Shown here one piece after another: positions 25,376 to 37,704 of a stretch of 64,000 bases of DNA. The translations under genes and the position numbers were made by a program. Below the pieces are notes generated by a model that saw only the letters and a program-made list of their open reading frames with translations, had not been told where the DNA came from and did no database searches. Positions within the stretch are counted from its first letter, which is position 1, and every line of letters starts with the position of its first letter. The DNA comes from Mobula hypostoma. Lineage: Eukaryota. The DNA is taken from the NCBI RefSeq assembly GCF_963921235.1, contig NC_086097.1, forward strand, positions 179,120,001 through 179,184,000, in the 5' to 3' direction.

Positions 25376-25939
25376 ATTCAAATAAAGTAAACCAAATTTT
25401 TTTTTACAACAAAAACGTGCTTGAGAATATACACTCAGTCTAACGATGAAATCCATGTTGCCAGTGAGGTTGGTTATTTTATAGGCCAATTCTAATTAAA
25501 AAAAACTGCCTCATCCACAAATCAATAATTATGAAACAATTATGAGAGACTTTGTGTCTCTTTCCTGCAATTAATTTTTTGATTGAATGTTTTACTCTTC
25601 CTGATCCAACCAGACTGGGAATTCACTTGCTGGGTGATGAGGTCTCAGATGTGGCTCCATTGCTGTGTAAGACAAAATCTAGCACTCAATCAAAGAAAAA
25701 TCTCTGTAAAGAGACCTCAGCACTCTTGGCACAGTCCCACTATCATTCTTCAGTGAGTAAACTCAGTCATTTATTTCACTAATCGTGCTCAGATCTGTGA
25801 ATCGCAAAAGTACATACAGTTGTGTCTTGGAATTAAGATTCCTATTCTGTCTGGTGTCCTGGCCAGTCCTTAACCAAAACTTGGAAATGGTGCTGTCTTG
25901 CACTCTTCTGCTTTGACCTTGGCTCCAGAGACCTGAATT

Positions 25940-26292
25940 GGATGATGGAATTGATGGCTTGGTGGCCAAGGTTGCAGATGATATGAAGACAGGGAGAGGG
26001 GCAGGTAATGCTGAGGAAACAGGGAGGCTGAAAGTCTTAGACAGATGATTAGAATGGGCAAAAAAGTGGCAGATGGAATACGGACTTGGGAAGTGTATGG
26101 TAATGCACTTTGGTAGAAGAAATAAAAGCATAGACTGTTTCTAAAATAGAGAGAAAATTCAAAAATATGAGGTGCAAAGGGACTTGGGAGTCCTCATGCA
26201 AGAGTCCCTAAAGGTTAATTTGCAGGTTGAATCAGTGGTGAAGAAGGCAAATGCAATAATAGCATTTATTTTGAGAGGACTAGAGTATAAAA
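25940..26292 (+). mobile_element. CR1 RT-thumb fragment
   Basis: ORF 26172..26354 QRDLGVLMQESLKVNLQVESVVKKAN. Confidence 0.85.
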
Positions 26293-27079
26293 ACCACTTG
26301 AACACTATCTTATTATTCATTCTTTCTTATACTAATTATTTGTGTAACTTATAATAATTTTATGTCTTTGCAGTGTACTCCTACTACAAAGGGATGAGTG
26401 AGCTGGCATTGGAATTGGAAAGATCGTTGAAGGTTGACATACATTCACATAGAGGGATGGACTAGGCACATGCAGTGCTAGCTGTCACTAGCTGGGACAT
26501 AGAGTAAAGAGCAGGGAGGTGATGGAACAGGCAAGAAAGCTCAACGACACCTCAGGAGGCGAAAGGAACTTGGCATTTCCCTGCTGACCCTTAGCAATAT
26601 CTATCAATGCACTCTGTCTGGATGGAGAACAACGTGGTATGACAGCTGCTCTGCACATGACTACATGAAACTGCAGAGAGTTGTGGACACCACTCAGCAC
26701 ATCACAGGAACCAGACTCCCCTCCATACACTCAGTCTACACTTTCCACTGCCTCAGTAAAGCAACCAGCATAATCAAAGACCCCACCCACCCCAGACATT
26801 CTCTCTTCTCCCCTCTCCCATCAAGCAAAAGATACAAAAGCCAGAAAGCACGAACCACTAGGCTCAAGGACAGCTTCCATCCCACCGTTATCAGACAGCT
26901 GAACAGACCTTTAGTACAATAAGATGGACCCATGGCTTCACAAACTACCTCGTTATGATTTGCACGTTATCACTCACCTGCATTACATTTTTTTCACAAA
27001 TAAGAAAACCTGCAGATGCTGGAAATCCAAGTAACACACACAAAATGCTGGAGGAACCCAGTATCTATGGGAAAGAGTA

Positions 27080-27117
27080 CAGTCCACGTTTCAGGCCGAG
27101 ACCCTTCAGCAGGACTG
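27080..27117 (-). ncRNA. Minimal type-I hammerhead motif, variant core (CUGCUGA, GUG triplet; probably inactive)
   Basis: Minus strand cagtc-CTGCTGA-agggtctcggcct-GAAACGTG-gactg. Confidence 0.7.
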
Positions 27118-27917
27118 GAGAAAAAAATATGAGGAGTAGATTTAAAAGGTGGGCAGAGGGGATGGAGAAACACAAGATGATAGGTGAAACTGGGAGGGGT
27201 AGGGGTGAAATAAAGAGCTGGGAAGTTGATTGGCAGAAGAGATACAGGGCTGGAGAAGGGAGAGTCTGATAGGAGAGAAGGCCATGGAAGAAAGAAAAGG
27301 GAGGAAGAGTACCAGAGGGAGGCGATGGGCAGGCAAGGAGATAAGGTGAGAGAGGGAAAAGGGGATGGGAATGGTGAAGGGGGGGCCAGGGGCCAATACT
27401 GGAAGTAGATCTGATGTAGATTGGGAGACCATTTCACTGAGCACCTACCCTCTGTCCACCAAAAGAAGCAGGATCTCCCAATGGCCACGCATTTTAATTC
27501 CACTTCACATTTCCATTCCCATACCTCAATCCATGGCCTCCTCTACTGTTGCGATAAGGCCACACTCAGATTAGAGGAACAACACCTTATATTCTGTCTG
27601 GGTAGCCTCCAACCTGACAGCAAGAACATCAAAATTCTTGAGTTTTCAATAATGCCCCTTCCCCCTTCACCATTTCCATCTCTCACCTTATCTCCTTGCC
27701 TGCCCATCGCCTCCCTTTGGTGCTCTTCCTCCCTTTTTTTCCTTCCATGGCCTTCTGCCCTCTTCTATCAGGCTCCCCCTTCTCCAGTCCTGTATCTCTT
27801 TCACCAATCAACTTCCCGGCTCTTTACTTCATCCCTCCCCCTCCCAGTTTCCCTAATCACCCTGTGCTTCTCTCTCCCCTCCCTGCCTTTTAAATCTACT
27901 CCTCAGCTTTTTTTCTC

Positions 27918-27955
27918 CAGTCCTGCCGAAGGGTCTTGGCCTGAAATGTTGACTG
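27918..27955 (+). ncRNA. Minimal type-I hammerhead motif, variant core (CUGCCGA)
   Basis: cagtc-CTGCCGA-agggtcttggcct-GAAATGTT-gactg. Confidence 0.7.
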
Positions 27956-28149
27956 TACCTTTTTCCATTGATGCTGCCTAGCCTGCTGAGTTCCTCCAGC
28001 ATTTTGTGTGTGTTGTTTACATTTTTTCCCCTAGCTTTTACACTTAATTTGCCTTGTGATGGTTTTACCTTATTGTAGCTCACTGCACTGTGTTATGATT
28101 TGATCTGTATGAACAGTAGGCAAGACAAGCTTTTCACTGTACGATGTGA

Positions 28150-30280
28150 TTTCTTTGGAGAGGTACAGAGGAGATTCACCAGGGTGTTGCTTGCGATGGA
28201 TTATTACAGTTATGAGGAGAGATTGGAGAAGCTGTTTCATTATCCCTGAAGTGGAAGAGGCAAGACCCAACAGAGGTGAACAAATCTATGAGGAGCATAG
28301 ACAGGGTAGATTAGAGTAAAGTTCTCCCCATAGCAGAGATGTCAATAACTAGAGGACATGGGGTAAGAGATTTAGGGAAGGTTTTCACCCAGAAGGGGGA
28401 TGGAATCTGGAACACACCACCTGAGGGGATAGTGGCAGGCGGCAGTAAGAAGCATCTGGTCAACAGCTGCCGAGACGCGGAGGGCTATGGATTAAGTACA
28501 GGAAAACGGGATTTGTATACAGGGGTACTTGACTGTTGACATGGGCCTGTTTCTGTGCTGTGTGACCTTAGAATCTCTATGGAAGAGAAACAACATAACT
28601 GAAACCAAAAAACAATCCTGAAGATGGTGGAAATAGGAAATAAAAACATGGAACCTGCCAGAAAGACTCAGAATGTTGCATTTATGCAAGACCTCAGTAA
28701 TACTGCACTTACATACAGTTTTAGGCACCCTATTATAGGAAAGGCATCATTAAACTGGAAAGAATTACAGGGATGCTGGCAGGATTTGAGGGCTTGAGTT
28801 ATAGGAAGATGTTCAGCAGGCTTGGACCTCACTCCATAAAATGTAGGAGGTTGAGGGGTAACCTCATAGAGGTGTATAAAATCATGAAGAGCATAGGTAG
28901 GGTGAATGCACACAAACTTTTTCCCATGGAAGGGGAACTAAAAACTAGAGCATAGGTTTAAGGTGAAAGACTTAAAAAGAACCTGAGGGGTAACTTTTTC
29001 ATCCAGATGTTAGTCCATACACAGAACAAACTGCCAGAGGAAGTAATTTAGCAGGTAGGTTAGAGGGATATGTACCAAGCTTGGTAGACTTCATAGCCAG
29101 CATGGATAACCTGGGCTGAAGGACCTGTTTCTGTGCTGTAAGATTAGATAGAATATATAAGGTCATAAGAGGCCTGGACAGGGTGAAAGTGCACAGCTTT
29201 TTCCCCAGGGAGGCATGCTAAAAACAAGAGGGCACAGATTTACGATCAGAGGCAAGAGATTTACAAAGGACCTCAGGAGCAGCTTCTTCACACAAAGAGA
29301 GGTGTGTATTCGGATTCAGCTGTCTGAAACAGTGGTTGAGGTGGGCACATTAACAACACTTAAAAGCCATCTAGATAGGTACCTAGATAGGAGATGTTTA
29401 GAGAGCAATGGACCAACTTCAGGCAGATGGGACAAGCCCACTGGGGAACACGGTCATCATAAACAAGATTGACCAAAGGACCTGCTTCCCTGAAGGCCAC
29501 CTTTTCCTGACTCTCCACACTACTGGAATTCCTGCATCCTGGCCATTCCAGAGAAGGAAGGCAAAGACCCAAAGGATGAAAGGGTGAGAGGCAGTCAGTA
29601 ATCAGAGGGAACATGGATTTGAGCCGCCTTGAGTTTATTTGAGTGTGTGCTTCCAGTGAGGAGAGGAAAGCAGCCGGATTCTCCATGGATCAAGACAGAT
29701 ATGAAGGGAAGAGAGGGGCAGGAAGAGGAGCAACACTGGCCTTCATGTGTCACAGCACTGAGTACAGAATGTGGGACATTATGTTGCAGTTGCACAAGAC
29801 ATTATTGAGGCCCCATTTGGAATATTGTGCACAATTTTGGTCACCCTGATAAAGGAAAAATGCCATTAAGCAGGAAAGAGGCAATGTTACCAGGACATGA
29901 GGAACTGAACTATGGAGATGATGGTATTTCATTCATTGGAATGTAAGAAACTGAGGGGTGATCTTACTGATGTGTATAAAGTCAAGAGGGACATAGATAG
30001 AGTAAATGCACATAGTCTTATTTCCCAGACTTGGGGAATCAAGAACTAATAGGGACCTGAGGGAACATTTTCACTCCGATGGTAGCCTGCATTTGGAATA
30101 AACTGCCAGAGGAAATGATTGAGACAACATTTAAATAACAACATTTAAAAGGCACTTGGACAAGTTCAGAAAGGTTGAGAGGGATATGGGCCAAACACGA
30201 GCAAATTGGACTAGCTTGGATGGTTGTCAAAGTTGGGCTGAAGGGCATGCTTCCGTGCTTTATGATCCTATGACTTTTTG
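28150..30280 (+). mobile_element. Four same-orientation CR1 3' fragments (about 28150-28580, 28710-29145, 29150-29490, 29732-30280)
   Basis: ORFs 28773..28955, 29215..29472, 29643..29849 (RPHLEYCAQFWSP). Confidence 0.85.
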
Positions 30281-30729
30281 TGCATCAAACTCTATGGTTT
30301 CTCTATTGGGTGCAGAAGATAACCTCTACTTTAGGGAGGGAAGAAGCTAAAGTTGAGGTCAGCAGAGGTACTATGAGGGGGTAGGGTGGAATCAGCAGGT
30401 GTGAACTGACCTTATTTTAGTAATACACATTTCCTCCTTTCATAAGATCTGCCTGTCTACCCTTCCTGCACCCCTCCTCTCTTCACATCCGCCTTGTTCC
30501 ATGGAGAATCCAGCTGCTTCCCTTGCCTTGTTGGCAGTAACGGGAGGCCTTGGAGTTTCTTCCAGCTGTCCCACCTCCGGGACAGGTCACCGGTTGATCA
30601 GTGAAGTTGCATCATGTACCTGACTAGATCTGTAACCCTTAAACCGTCTGAAGGTCAGCATTTTGGAGAAAATCAGATCAGTATTACAAAAGAAACTTTC
30701 GCAACCTTTTCAGAAGGTCATTGACTCAT

Positions 30730-31230
30730 CAAGTCATACAGCAATACAGCAAGGACACAGGCCCTTCGGCCTAACCAGTCCATGCTGACCACAGTGCCCA
30801 CACAGCTAGTCCCAATTTCATGCATCAATCCAATTTCCCTAATAAGTCATAACCTCTCCATATAGTTATCCAAATGCTTCTCAAATAATGCTACTGTACC
30901 TGCCTCTCTAGCAGCTTGTTCCATACACTCACCACCTTCTACATCGAAAAGTTGCCCCTCAGGTCCCTTATAAATCTTTGCCCTCTCACCCTAAGCCCAT
31001 GCTCCCTACTTTTGGACTCCCTATAACTCAGACCCTCTAGTCCTGGCAACATCCTTGTCAATCTTTCCTGCATTCTTTCCAGTTTGACAACGCCTTTTAT
31101 ATAAGAGGGTGGCTAAAACTGTCCACGCTACTCGACGTGCAGTCTCACCAACATAATTGCAACATAACATCCAAACTCCTACATGCAGTTCCCTGACTGA
31201 TGAACGCCAGCAAGCTAAACCCTTTTTCAC
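30730..31230 (-). mobile_element. CR1 3' fragment
   Basis: caggcccttcggcc tail and reverse-complement ORF2 C-terminal motifs. Confidence 0.8.
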
Positions 31231-32128
31231 CACCATTGAATCCCTCATCAAAACTTTCCAACCAAAATGTCTTCAATTCTTTTCCTCCAACAGATGGTGC
31301 TCAACATGCTGAGTTCTTTCATAAACCCAAAGGATATAGGAGCACAATTAGGCCACTTGTCCCATCCAGTCTGCCTGCATTTCCATCTTGGCTGATTTAT
31401 TATCCCTCTCAACACTGCCCTCCTGCCCCTTCCCCATAAACTTTGACACCCTTACTAATCAAGAACCTCTCAACCTCTGCTTTAAATATACTCAATGACT
31501 TGGCCTCCACAGTCATCTGTGGCAATGAATTCCAGAGATTCACCACCCTCTGGTTAAAGAAATTTGTTTTCATCTCTATTCTAATGAATGTCCCTCTTTT
31601 CTGAGGCTGTGCCCTCCGGTCCTAGACTCCCCCACAAAAGGAAACATCCTCACTACATCCACTCTATCTAAGCCTTTCAATATTCGTAAGTTTCAATGAG
31701 ATCACCCCTCATTTGTCTAAACTCCAGCGAGTACAGCTCCCAAGCCATCAAGCGCTCATCATATGTTAACCCTTTCTTCATGGGTTCATTCTCATGAACC
31801 TCCTCTAGACACACTTCAATGCCAATACATCTTTTCTTAGATAAAAGGCCCAAAGCTACTCACAATACTCCAAGTGTGATCTTACCGATGCCATCTCAGC
31901 ACTACATCCTTGCTTTTGTACACTAGTTCTCTTGAAATGAATGCTAACATTGCATTTACCTTCCTTACCACCGACTCAACCTGCAAGTTAACCTTTAGGG
32001 AATTCTGCACAAGGACCCCCGACTTCCTTTGCACCTTAGATTTTTGAATTTTCTCCCCATTTAGAAAATAGTCCATGAATTTATTCCTTCTACCAAAGTG
32101 CATGACCGTGCACCTCCGTACACTATAT

Positions 32129-33008
32129 CTGGGGCAGGTAGTTTTGAGGAAGTAGAGAGGCTACAGAAGGACTTAGTCACACAGTGTCAGGAAGTGTATG
32201 GTCATATACTTTGGCAGAAGAAAAGAAAGAGTTGACTATTTTCTAAATCGAGAGAAAATACAAAAAACTGAGGTGCAAAGGGACTTGGGAGTCCTTGTGC
32301 AGGATTCCCTAAAGATAAATTTGCAGATTGAGTCTGTGGTGAGGAAGGCAAATGCAATATTAGCATTCATTTCAAGAGGACGAGAACATAATAAGGATGT
32401 AATGTTGAGACTTTATAAAGCACTGGTGAGGCCTCACTTGGAATATTGTGAGCAGTTTCGGGCTCCTTATCTAAGAAGGGATACAGTATACTGAAACTGC
32501 AGAGGGTTCAAAGGAAGTTCACGAAAATGATTCCCGGATTGTATAGTTTGTCATATGAAGAGCATTTGATGGCTCTGGGCCTGTATTTACTGGAATTCAG
32601 AAGAATGAGGGGTGACTTCATGGAAACCTATCGAATGGTGAAAGGCCTTCATACGGTGAACATGGAGAGAATATTTCCTGTGGTGGGAGAGTCTGAGACC
32701 AGAGGAGAGAGTCTCAGAATAGAGAGGCATCCTTTTAGAACAGAGATGAAGAGGAATTTCTTTAACTAGAGAGTGGTGAATCTGTGCAATTTTTTTGCCA
32801 CAGGCAGCTGGGGGGACCAAGTCTTTATGTATATTTAAGGCAGATGTTGATAGATTCTTGATTGGTCAGGACATAAAGGGATATGGGGAGAAGGCAGGAG
32901 ATTGGGGTTGAGAGGAAAATTGGATAAGCCATAATGAAATGGCAGAGCAAAATTGATGGGCCAAATTGCCTAATTCTGTTCCTACATCTTATGGTCTATA
33001 GTCTTACA
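32129..33008 (+). mobile_element. CR1 3' fragment inserted in opposite orientation
   Basis: ORFs 32198..32494 and 32527..32769; tail cttatggtctatagtc. Confidence 0.88.
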
Positions 33009-33518
33009 TTCCATCTTCTACTTCCTTGCCCATTCTCCCAATCTGTCCAGGTCGTTCTTCAGGCACCCACTTTTCTCAACACTAGCTGCCCCTCCATCTA
33101 CCTTCGTATCATTCACAAATTTGACCACATAGCCACCAATTCCTTCATCCAAATCTTTGATATCCAACATCAAGAGAAGTGGTCTGAACACTGACCCCTG
33201 CAGAACACCACTAGTCATCCACACCAAACAGAAAAGGCCCTCTTTGCTTCCTGCCAGTCAATTTCCCATCTATGCTAGTATCCTTTCTGTAATACCATAG
33301 ACTCTTATAATGCTAAGTAGTCTCATGTGCAGCACCTTGTCAAGGCCTTCTGAAAAACCAATAAACAACGTCCACTGATTCTCCTTTGTCTATCCTGTCT
33401 GTTATTTCCTCAAAGAATTCTAAGAGATTTGTTAGGCAAGATATTCCCTAAGGAACCATGATGACTTTGGCCTATATTGTCATGTGCCTCCAAGTACCCT
33501 GAAATTTCATCCTTAATA

Positions 33519-34815
33519 GAAACATAGAAAACCTACTGCACAATACAGGCCCTTCGGCCCATAATGTTGTGCTGAACATGTACTTACTTTACAAATTACC
33601 TAGGGTTACCCATAGCCCTCTATTTTTCTAAGCTCCATGTACCTATCCAGGAGCCTCTTAAAAGACCCTATCATTCCCGCCTCCACTACCATCGCCGGCA
33701 GCCCATTCCACGCACTCACCACTCTCTGCATTAAAAAATTACCTCTCATAATCTCCTCTGTACCTACTTCCAAGCACCTTAAAACTGTGTCCTCTCATGC
33801 TAGCCATTTCAGCCCTGGGAAAAAGCCTCTGACTATCCACATGATCAATGCCTCTCATCGTCTTATACACCTCTATCAGGTCACCTCTCATCCTCCATTG
33901 CTCCAAGGAGAAAACCCAAGTTCACTTAACCTATTCTCATAAGGCATGCTCCCCAGTCCTGGCAATATCCTTGTAAATCTCCTCTGCTCCATTTCAATGG
34001 TTTCCACATCCTTCCTGTAGTGAGGTGACCAGAACTGAGCACAGTACTCCAAGTGGACTCTGACCAGGGTCCTATATAGCTGCAACATTACCTCTCAGCT
34101 CCTAAACTCAATTCCAAAGTTGACGAAGGCCAATGCACCGTATGTTTTCTTAACCACAGAGTCAACCTGCGTAGCAGCTTTGAGTATCCTATGGACTCGG
34201 ACCCCAAGATCCCTCTGATCCTCCACACTGCCAACAGTCTTACCATTAATACTATATTCTGCCATCATATTTGACCTACCAAAATGAACCACCTCACATT
34301 TATCTGGGTTGAACTCCATCTGCCACTTCTCAGCCCAGTTTTCATCCTATTGATGTCCCGCTGTAAATTCTGACAGCCCTCCAACTATCCACAACACCCC
34401 CAACCTTTGATTCATCAGCAAATTTACTAATGCATCCCACCACTTCCTCATCCAGGGCATTTATAAAAATCACGAAAAGAAGGGGTCCCAGAACAGATCC
34501 CTGAGGCACACTACTGGTCACCGACCTCCATGCAGAATATGACCCGTCTACAACCACTCTTTGACTTCTGTGGGCAAACCAATTCTGAATCCACAAAGCA
34601 ATGTCCCCTTGGATCCCATGCCTCCTTACTTTCTCAATAAGCCTTGCATGGGGTACCTTATCAAATGCCTTGCTGAAATCTATATACACTACATCTATGG
34701 CTCTACCTTCATCATTGTGTTTAGTCACATCCTCAAAATATTCAATCAGGCTCTTAAGGCACGACCTGCCTTTGAAAAAGCCATGTTGACTATGCCTAAT
34801 TATATTATGCCTCCA
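33519..34815 (-). mobile_element. Younger CR1 copy (RT plus 3' end)
   Basis: SQHGFFKGRSCL, YIDFSKAFDKVPH, VPQGSVLGPLLF, SKFAD; tail atagaaacatagaaa. Confidence 0.92.
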
Positions 34816-36167
34816 ACAAAATAATAGACTCCAATATCTTTCCAACCTCTGAAATCGGACTAACTGGCCTATAATTTCCTTTCTTCTGCCCCGCCCCCCC
34901 CGCCCCCCATTCTTAAACAGTGGAGTGACATTTGTGATCTTCCAGTCCGCCAGAAACATTGCAAAATCTAGTGATTCTGGAAAGATCATTACTTGTGCCT
35001 CCACAATCTCTTCAGCTACCTCTTTCAGAACCCTGCTGTGTAGTCCGTCTGGTCCAGGTTACTTATCCAACACATTGTTACTCCAGATTTATAGCATCTG
35101 CTGTTTCTTGTATCTCTTTTTAATGTTGTTAATGTACCAGCCTCAAGCACTTCCTCTGGCTGCTTGTTCTAGGTATAGACCACTCTCTGTGTGTAAAATC
35201 TGCTCCTCAGGTTATTTGACCTTCCACAAGGCTTCCTAAACCTATGTCCATTAGGTCTTGATTCCCAAACCTTTGGAAAAAAAGATATGGTGTAAAAGAT
35301 ATGGCAATTAAGAGCTGGGTTAAAGTTTTGCTTTTATCTATTCACTTTTCAGGATCTGCACATCAAAGGCAAAACTAGCAATAACTGCCAACAATGTGGG
35401 GTGAGTCACCTTCATGAACTGTTGCAGCCTGGTGAAGGTGATCCCACAATGCTGTTGGGAGGGAATTCCAGGCTTTAGACCCAGTAACTATGGAAATACT
35501 CATGAACAACTACTTCCCTTCAACCTTTCAGTTCTTCAAACAACTGGCACAACCTTAATCACTACAGTTTAGCAACACTGTCACTACAATGATGTTTGCA
35601 CTAATTTGTCTTTGTTTTCTTTGTTGTAATTCCGTTCCTTCTTGCAAATATTGTGTCTAATGCATGCTTTTCTTGCTAACGCCATTATCTGATGCTATGT
35701 GATTGCAGGTTTTGTATTGCATCTGTGTGGAGGAGCAAACAGAAAGGCCATGCCGAGATGGTGTTTGAAATAACAGGCAATTTACTGAATCTGGTGCGCA
35801 CCAGGAGACCAGTCAAAGCTGATCACCTGATTGTGAATTTGGTACAGCTTTTACATTCTCAGCTGACAAATTATACAGAAACATGATTAAAAGTGAAACA
35901 AGGTGTTGACAACAGAATGGGAGTGGGGTTGTAGAAAGACTTAATTATGTAACAAACTTGATCGTAGTTACAGGATAAAGTGATTGTCCCAAGTCTGACT
36001 TACATCAAACGGTACAGCACGCTACAGGCCCTTTGCCTCACAATGTTATGTTGATGTCCTAACTGACTCAAAGATCAATCTAGCACTTCCCTCCAACATA
36101 GTCCTCCATTCTTGTTTCATCTGTGTGTCTTTCTAAGAGTCTCTTAAATGTCCCTAATGTAATTACC

Positions 36168-36480
36168 GTGTTGGCATGTGGCCAAGTAGTTAAGGCATTA
36201 GTCTAGTGATCTGAAGGTCGCTAGTTTGAGCCTCAGCTGAGGCAGCATGTTGTGTCCTTGAGCAAGGCACTTAACCACACATTGCTCTGTGACAACACCG
36301 GTGCCAAGCTGTATCGGCCCAAGTGCCCTTCCCTTGGACAACATCGGTGGCATGGAGAGGGGAGACTTGCAGCATGGGCAACTGCCGGTCTTCCATACAA
36401 CCTGCCCAGGCCTGCACCCTGGAAACCTTCCAAGGCACAAATCCATGGTCTCACGAGACTAATGGATGCCTATATAAAAG
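36168..36480 (+). mobile_element. Full-length tRNA-derived SINE with CORE-like domain
   Basis: A-box tggccaagtag, B-box-like gtttgagcc, CORE-like gtgtccttgagcaaggcacttaacc; near-TSD gtaattacc (36159-36167) / gtaaatacc (36481-36489); sits in a minus-strand CR1. Confidence 0.8.
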
Positions 36481-36667
36481 GTAAATACCTCTACCATCAC
36501 CCCTGCCACACGTTCCACACCCCACCACTCTCTGCATAAGAAATCTATCTCTGACATCCTCATTATACTTTATTCCAATCACCTTAAAATTATGCCCTCT
36601 CCTATTAGCCATAGCTTCCCTGGGAAAAAGGTGCTGACTCTCCATTTTATCAATACCTTTTATGACC

Positions 36668-37250
36668 AATGATAATGATGGTGGTGAGGGCATCTATCTG
36701 TCTCAAAGGACAATGGACAGCGGCACTGGAGTGACCTCTCCAGGGCACAAGCCTGGGCGGAAGGTACGGAGATCCTGGGATGCTCAGTCATCAAGATCCC
36801 CCTCTCGGTCTCACCGGTGTAGTCCAAAGGAAAGCAAAACAATACGTCTGGCACAGCCTGGCTGCAGGAGCTGCCAGAAGGATGTTCATGGACGTCCAGC
36901 TGCCTCGGGAGCTCCACTCTGGATTTTCCGTCTGGGTTTATTCCGTAGCCTTCATCTCTCCTGAGGCTGCCCACTAAGCAGTGGGGCTATTTACCCATAA
37001 CTGGGGATCTGGTTCACGAGCACCAGGACGTGCCCACGCACTGATGGGCCTGCGTGCTATGTGTCTAGGAGCCAGACCTCCTCCCCATCCTCTGTAGTTA
37101 AGCTCAAGTCCGAAGGGTTTTCAGTTTCCGTGTGCTGCTAGTGAAGAGGTATAACATGAGGCTTGCTGTTGGAGAGACTATGTACAGGCAGGGAAAGACT
37201 TACACATTCTGCTCTCCCTTCTGTGAGGCTGCTAGCAGTGCTGGAGGCAT
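36668..37250 (-). mobile_element. Unclassified non-coding retroposon (about 580 bp)
   Basis: GC-richer block interrupting the same CR1; (cat)n-like tail; 3' end similar to that of the SINE at 36168-36480. Confidence 0.55.
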
Positions 37251-37704
37251 CTGATACACCTCTATCAAGTCATCTCTCATCCTCCTTTGCTTCAAAGAGA
37301 GAATCCTAGCTTGCTTAACTTATCATCCCAACCTAACCTTAACCAACCTGTTGTAACAGTAAATCCAGTTTTCTATTCCAACAACGGGTGTACACAATAA
37401 GATAATTAATGAAACTTTGTGTTGTTGCTGTTACATTCCATGTCTCTACTTATAGGCTATGTCTGCAGTTCCCTGGGACCACATTGGCACTATCCATGTC
37501 CCTATGACTAGCTATTAGCCTTCAATATTTGTGCTTTTGGATATGGCAATAAACTTGACTTTGATTTTGTAGGATTGGCGATATATTTCCCATTCAGGGC
37601 GGTGTGTGACTGAGAGGGGACCCTGCAGGTGGTGGTGTCCTTGTCCTAACAATTGACCCTGTCAGAATAGGCTGGGCGACTGACGACAGTGCAGTGGTCT
37701 AAAT

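Larger units (their letters stand above)
26994..28016 (+). mobile_element. Penelope-like element: inverted pLTR, GIY-YIG endonuclease C-terminus, direct pLTR
   Basis: 27421-27650 encodes GDHFTEHL...ATHFN...RLEEQHLIFCLGSLQP; arms at about 27033-27370 and 27665-28015 are inverted copies; ttacatttttt duplicated at 26983-26993 and 28017-28027. Confidence 0.9.
26550..28145 (+). mobile_element. Rex1/Babar 3' fragment hosting the Penelope insertion
   Basis: ORF 26665..26922 KLQRVVDTTQHITG...RLKDSFHPTVIR; 3'UTR resumes after about 28020. Confidence 0.85.
31325..35070 (-). mobile_element. CR1 host copy (31325-32128, 33009-33518, 34818-35070) with two nested CR1 insertions
   Basis: ORFs 31882..32103, 33018..33227 and the N-terminal part of 34342..35004 (DWKITNVTPLFK); host sequence is continuous across both inserts. 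Confidence 0.88.

Noticed and set aside
25614..25752. Plus-strand AG...GTGAGT open segment within ORF 25552..25782
   Set aside because: Peptide unrecognisable; such signals are expected by chance in 64 kb
36168..36245. tRNA gene
   Set aside because: A/B boxes belong to a SINE head; no complete cloverleaf or Pol III terminator
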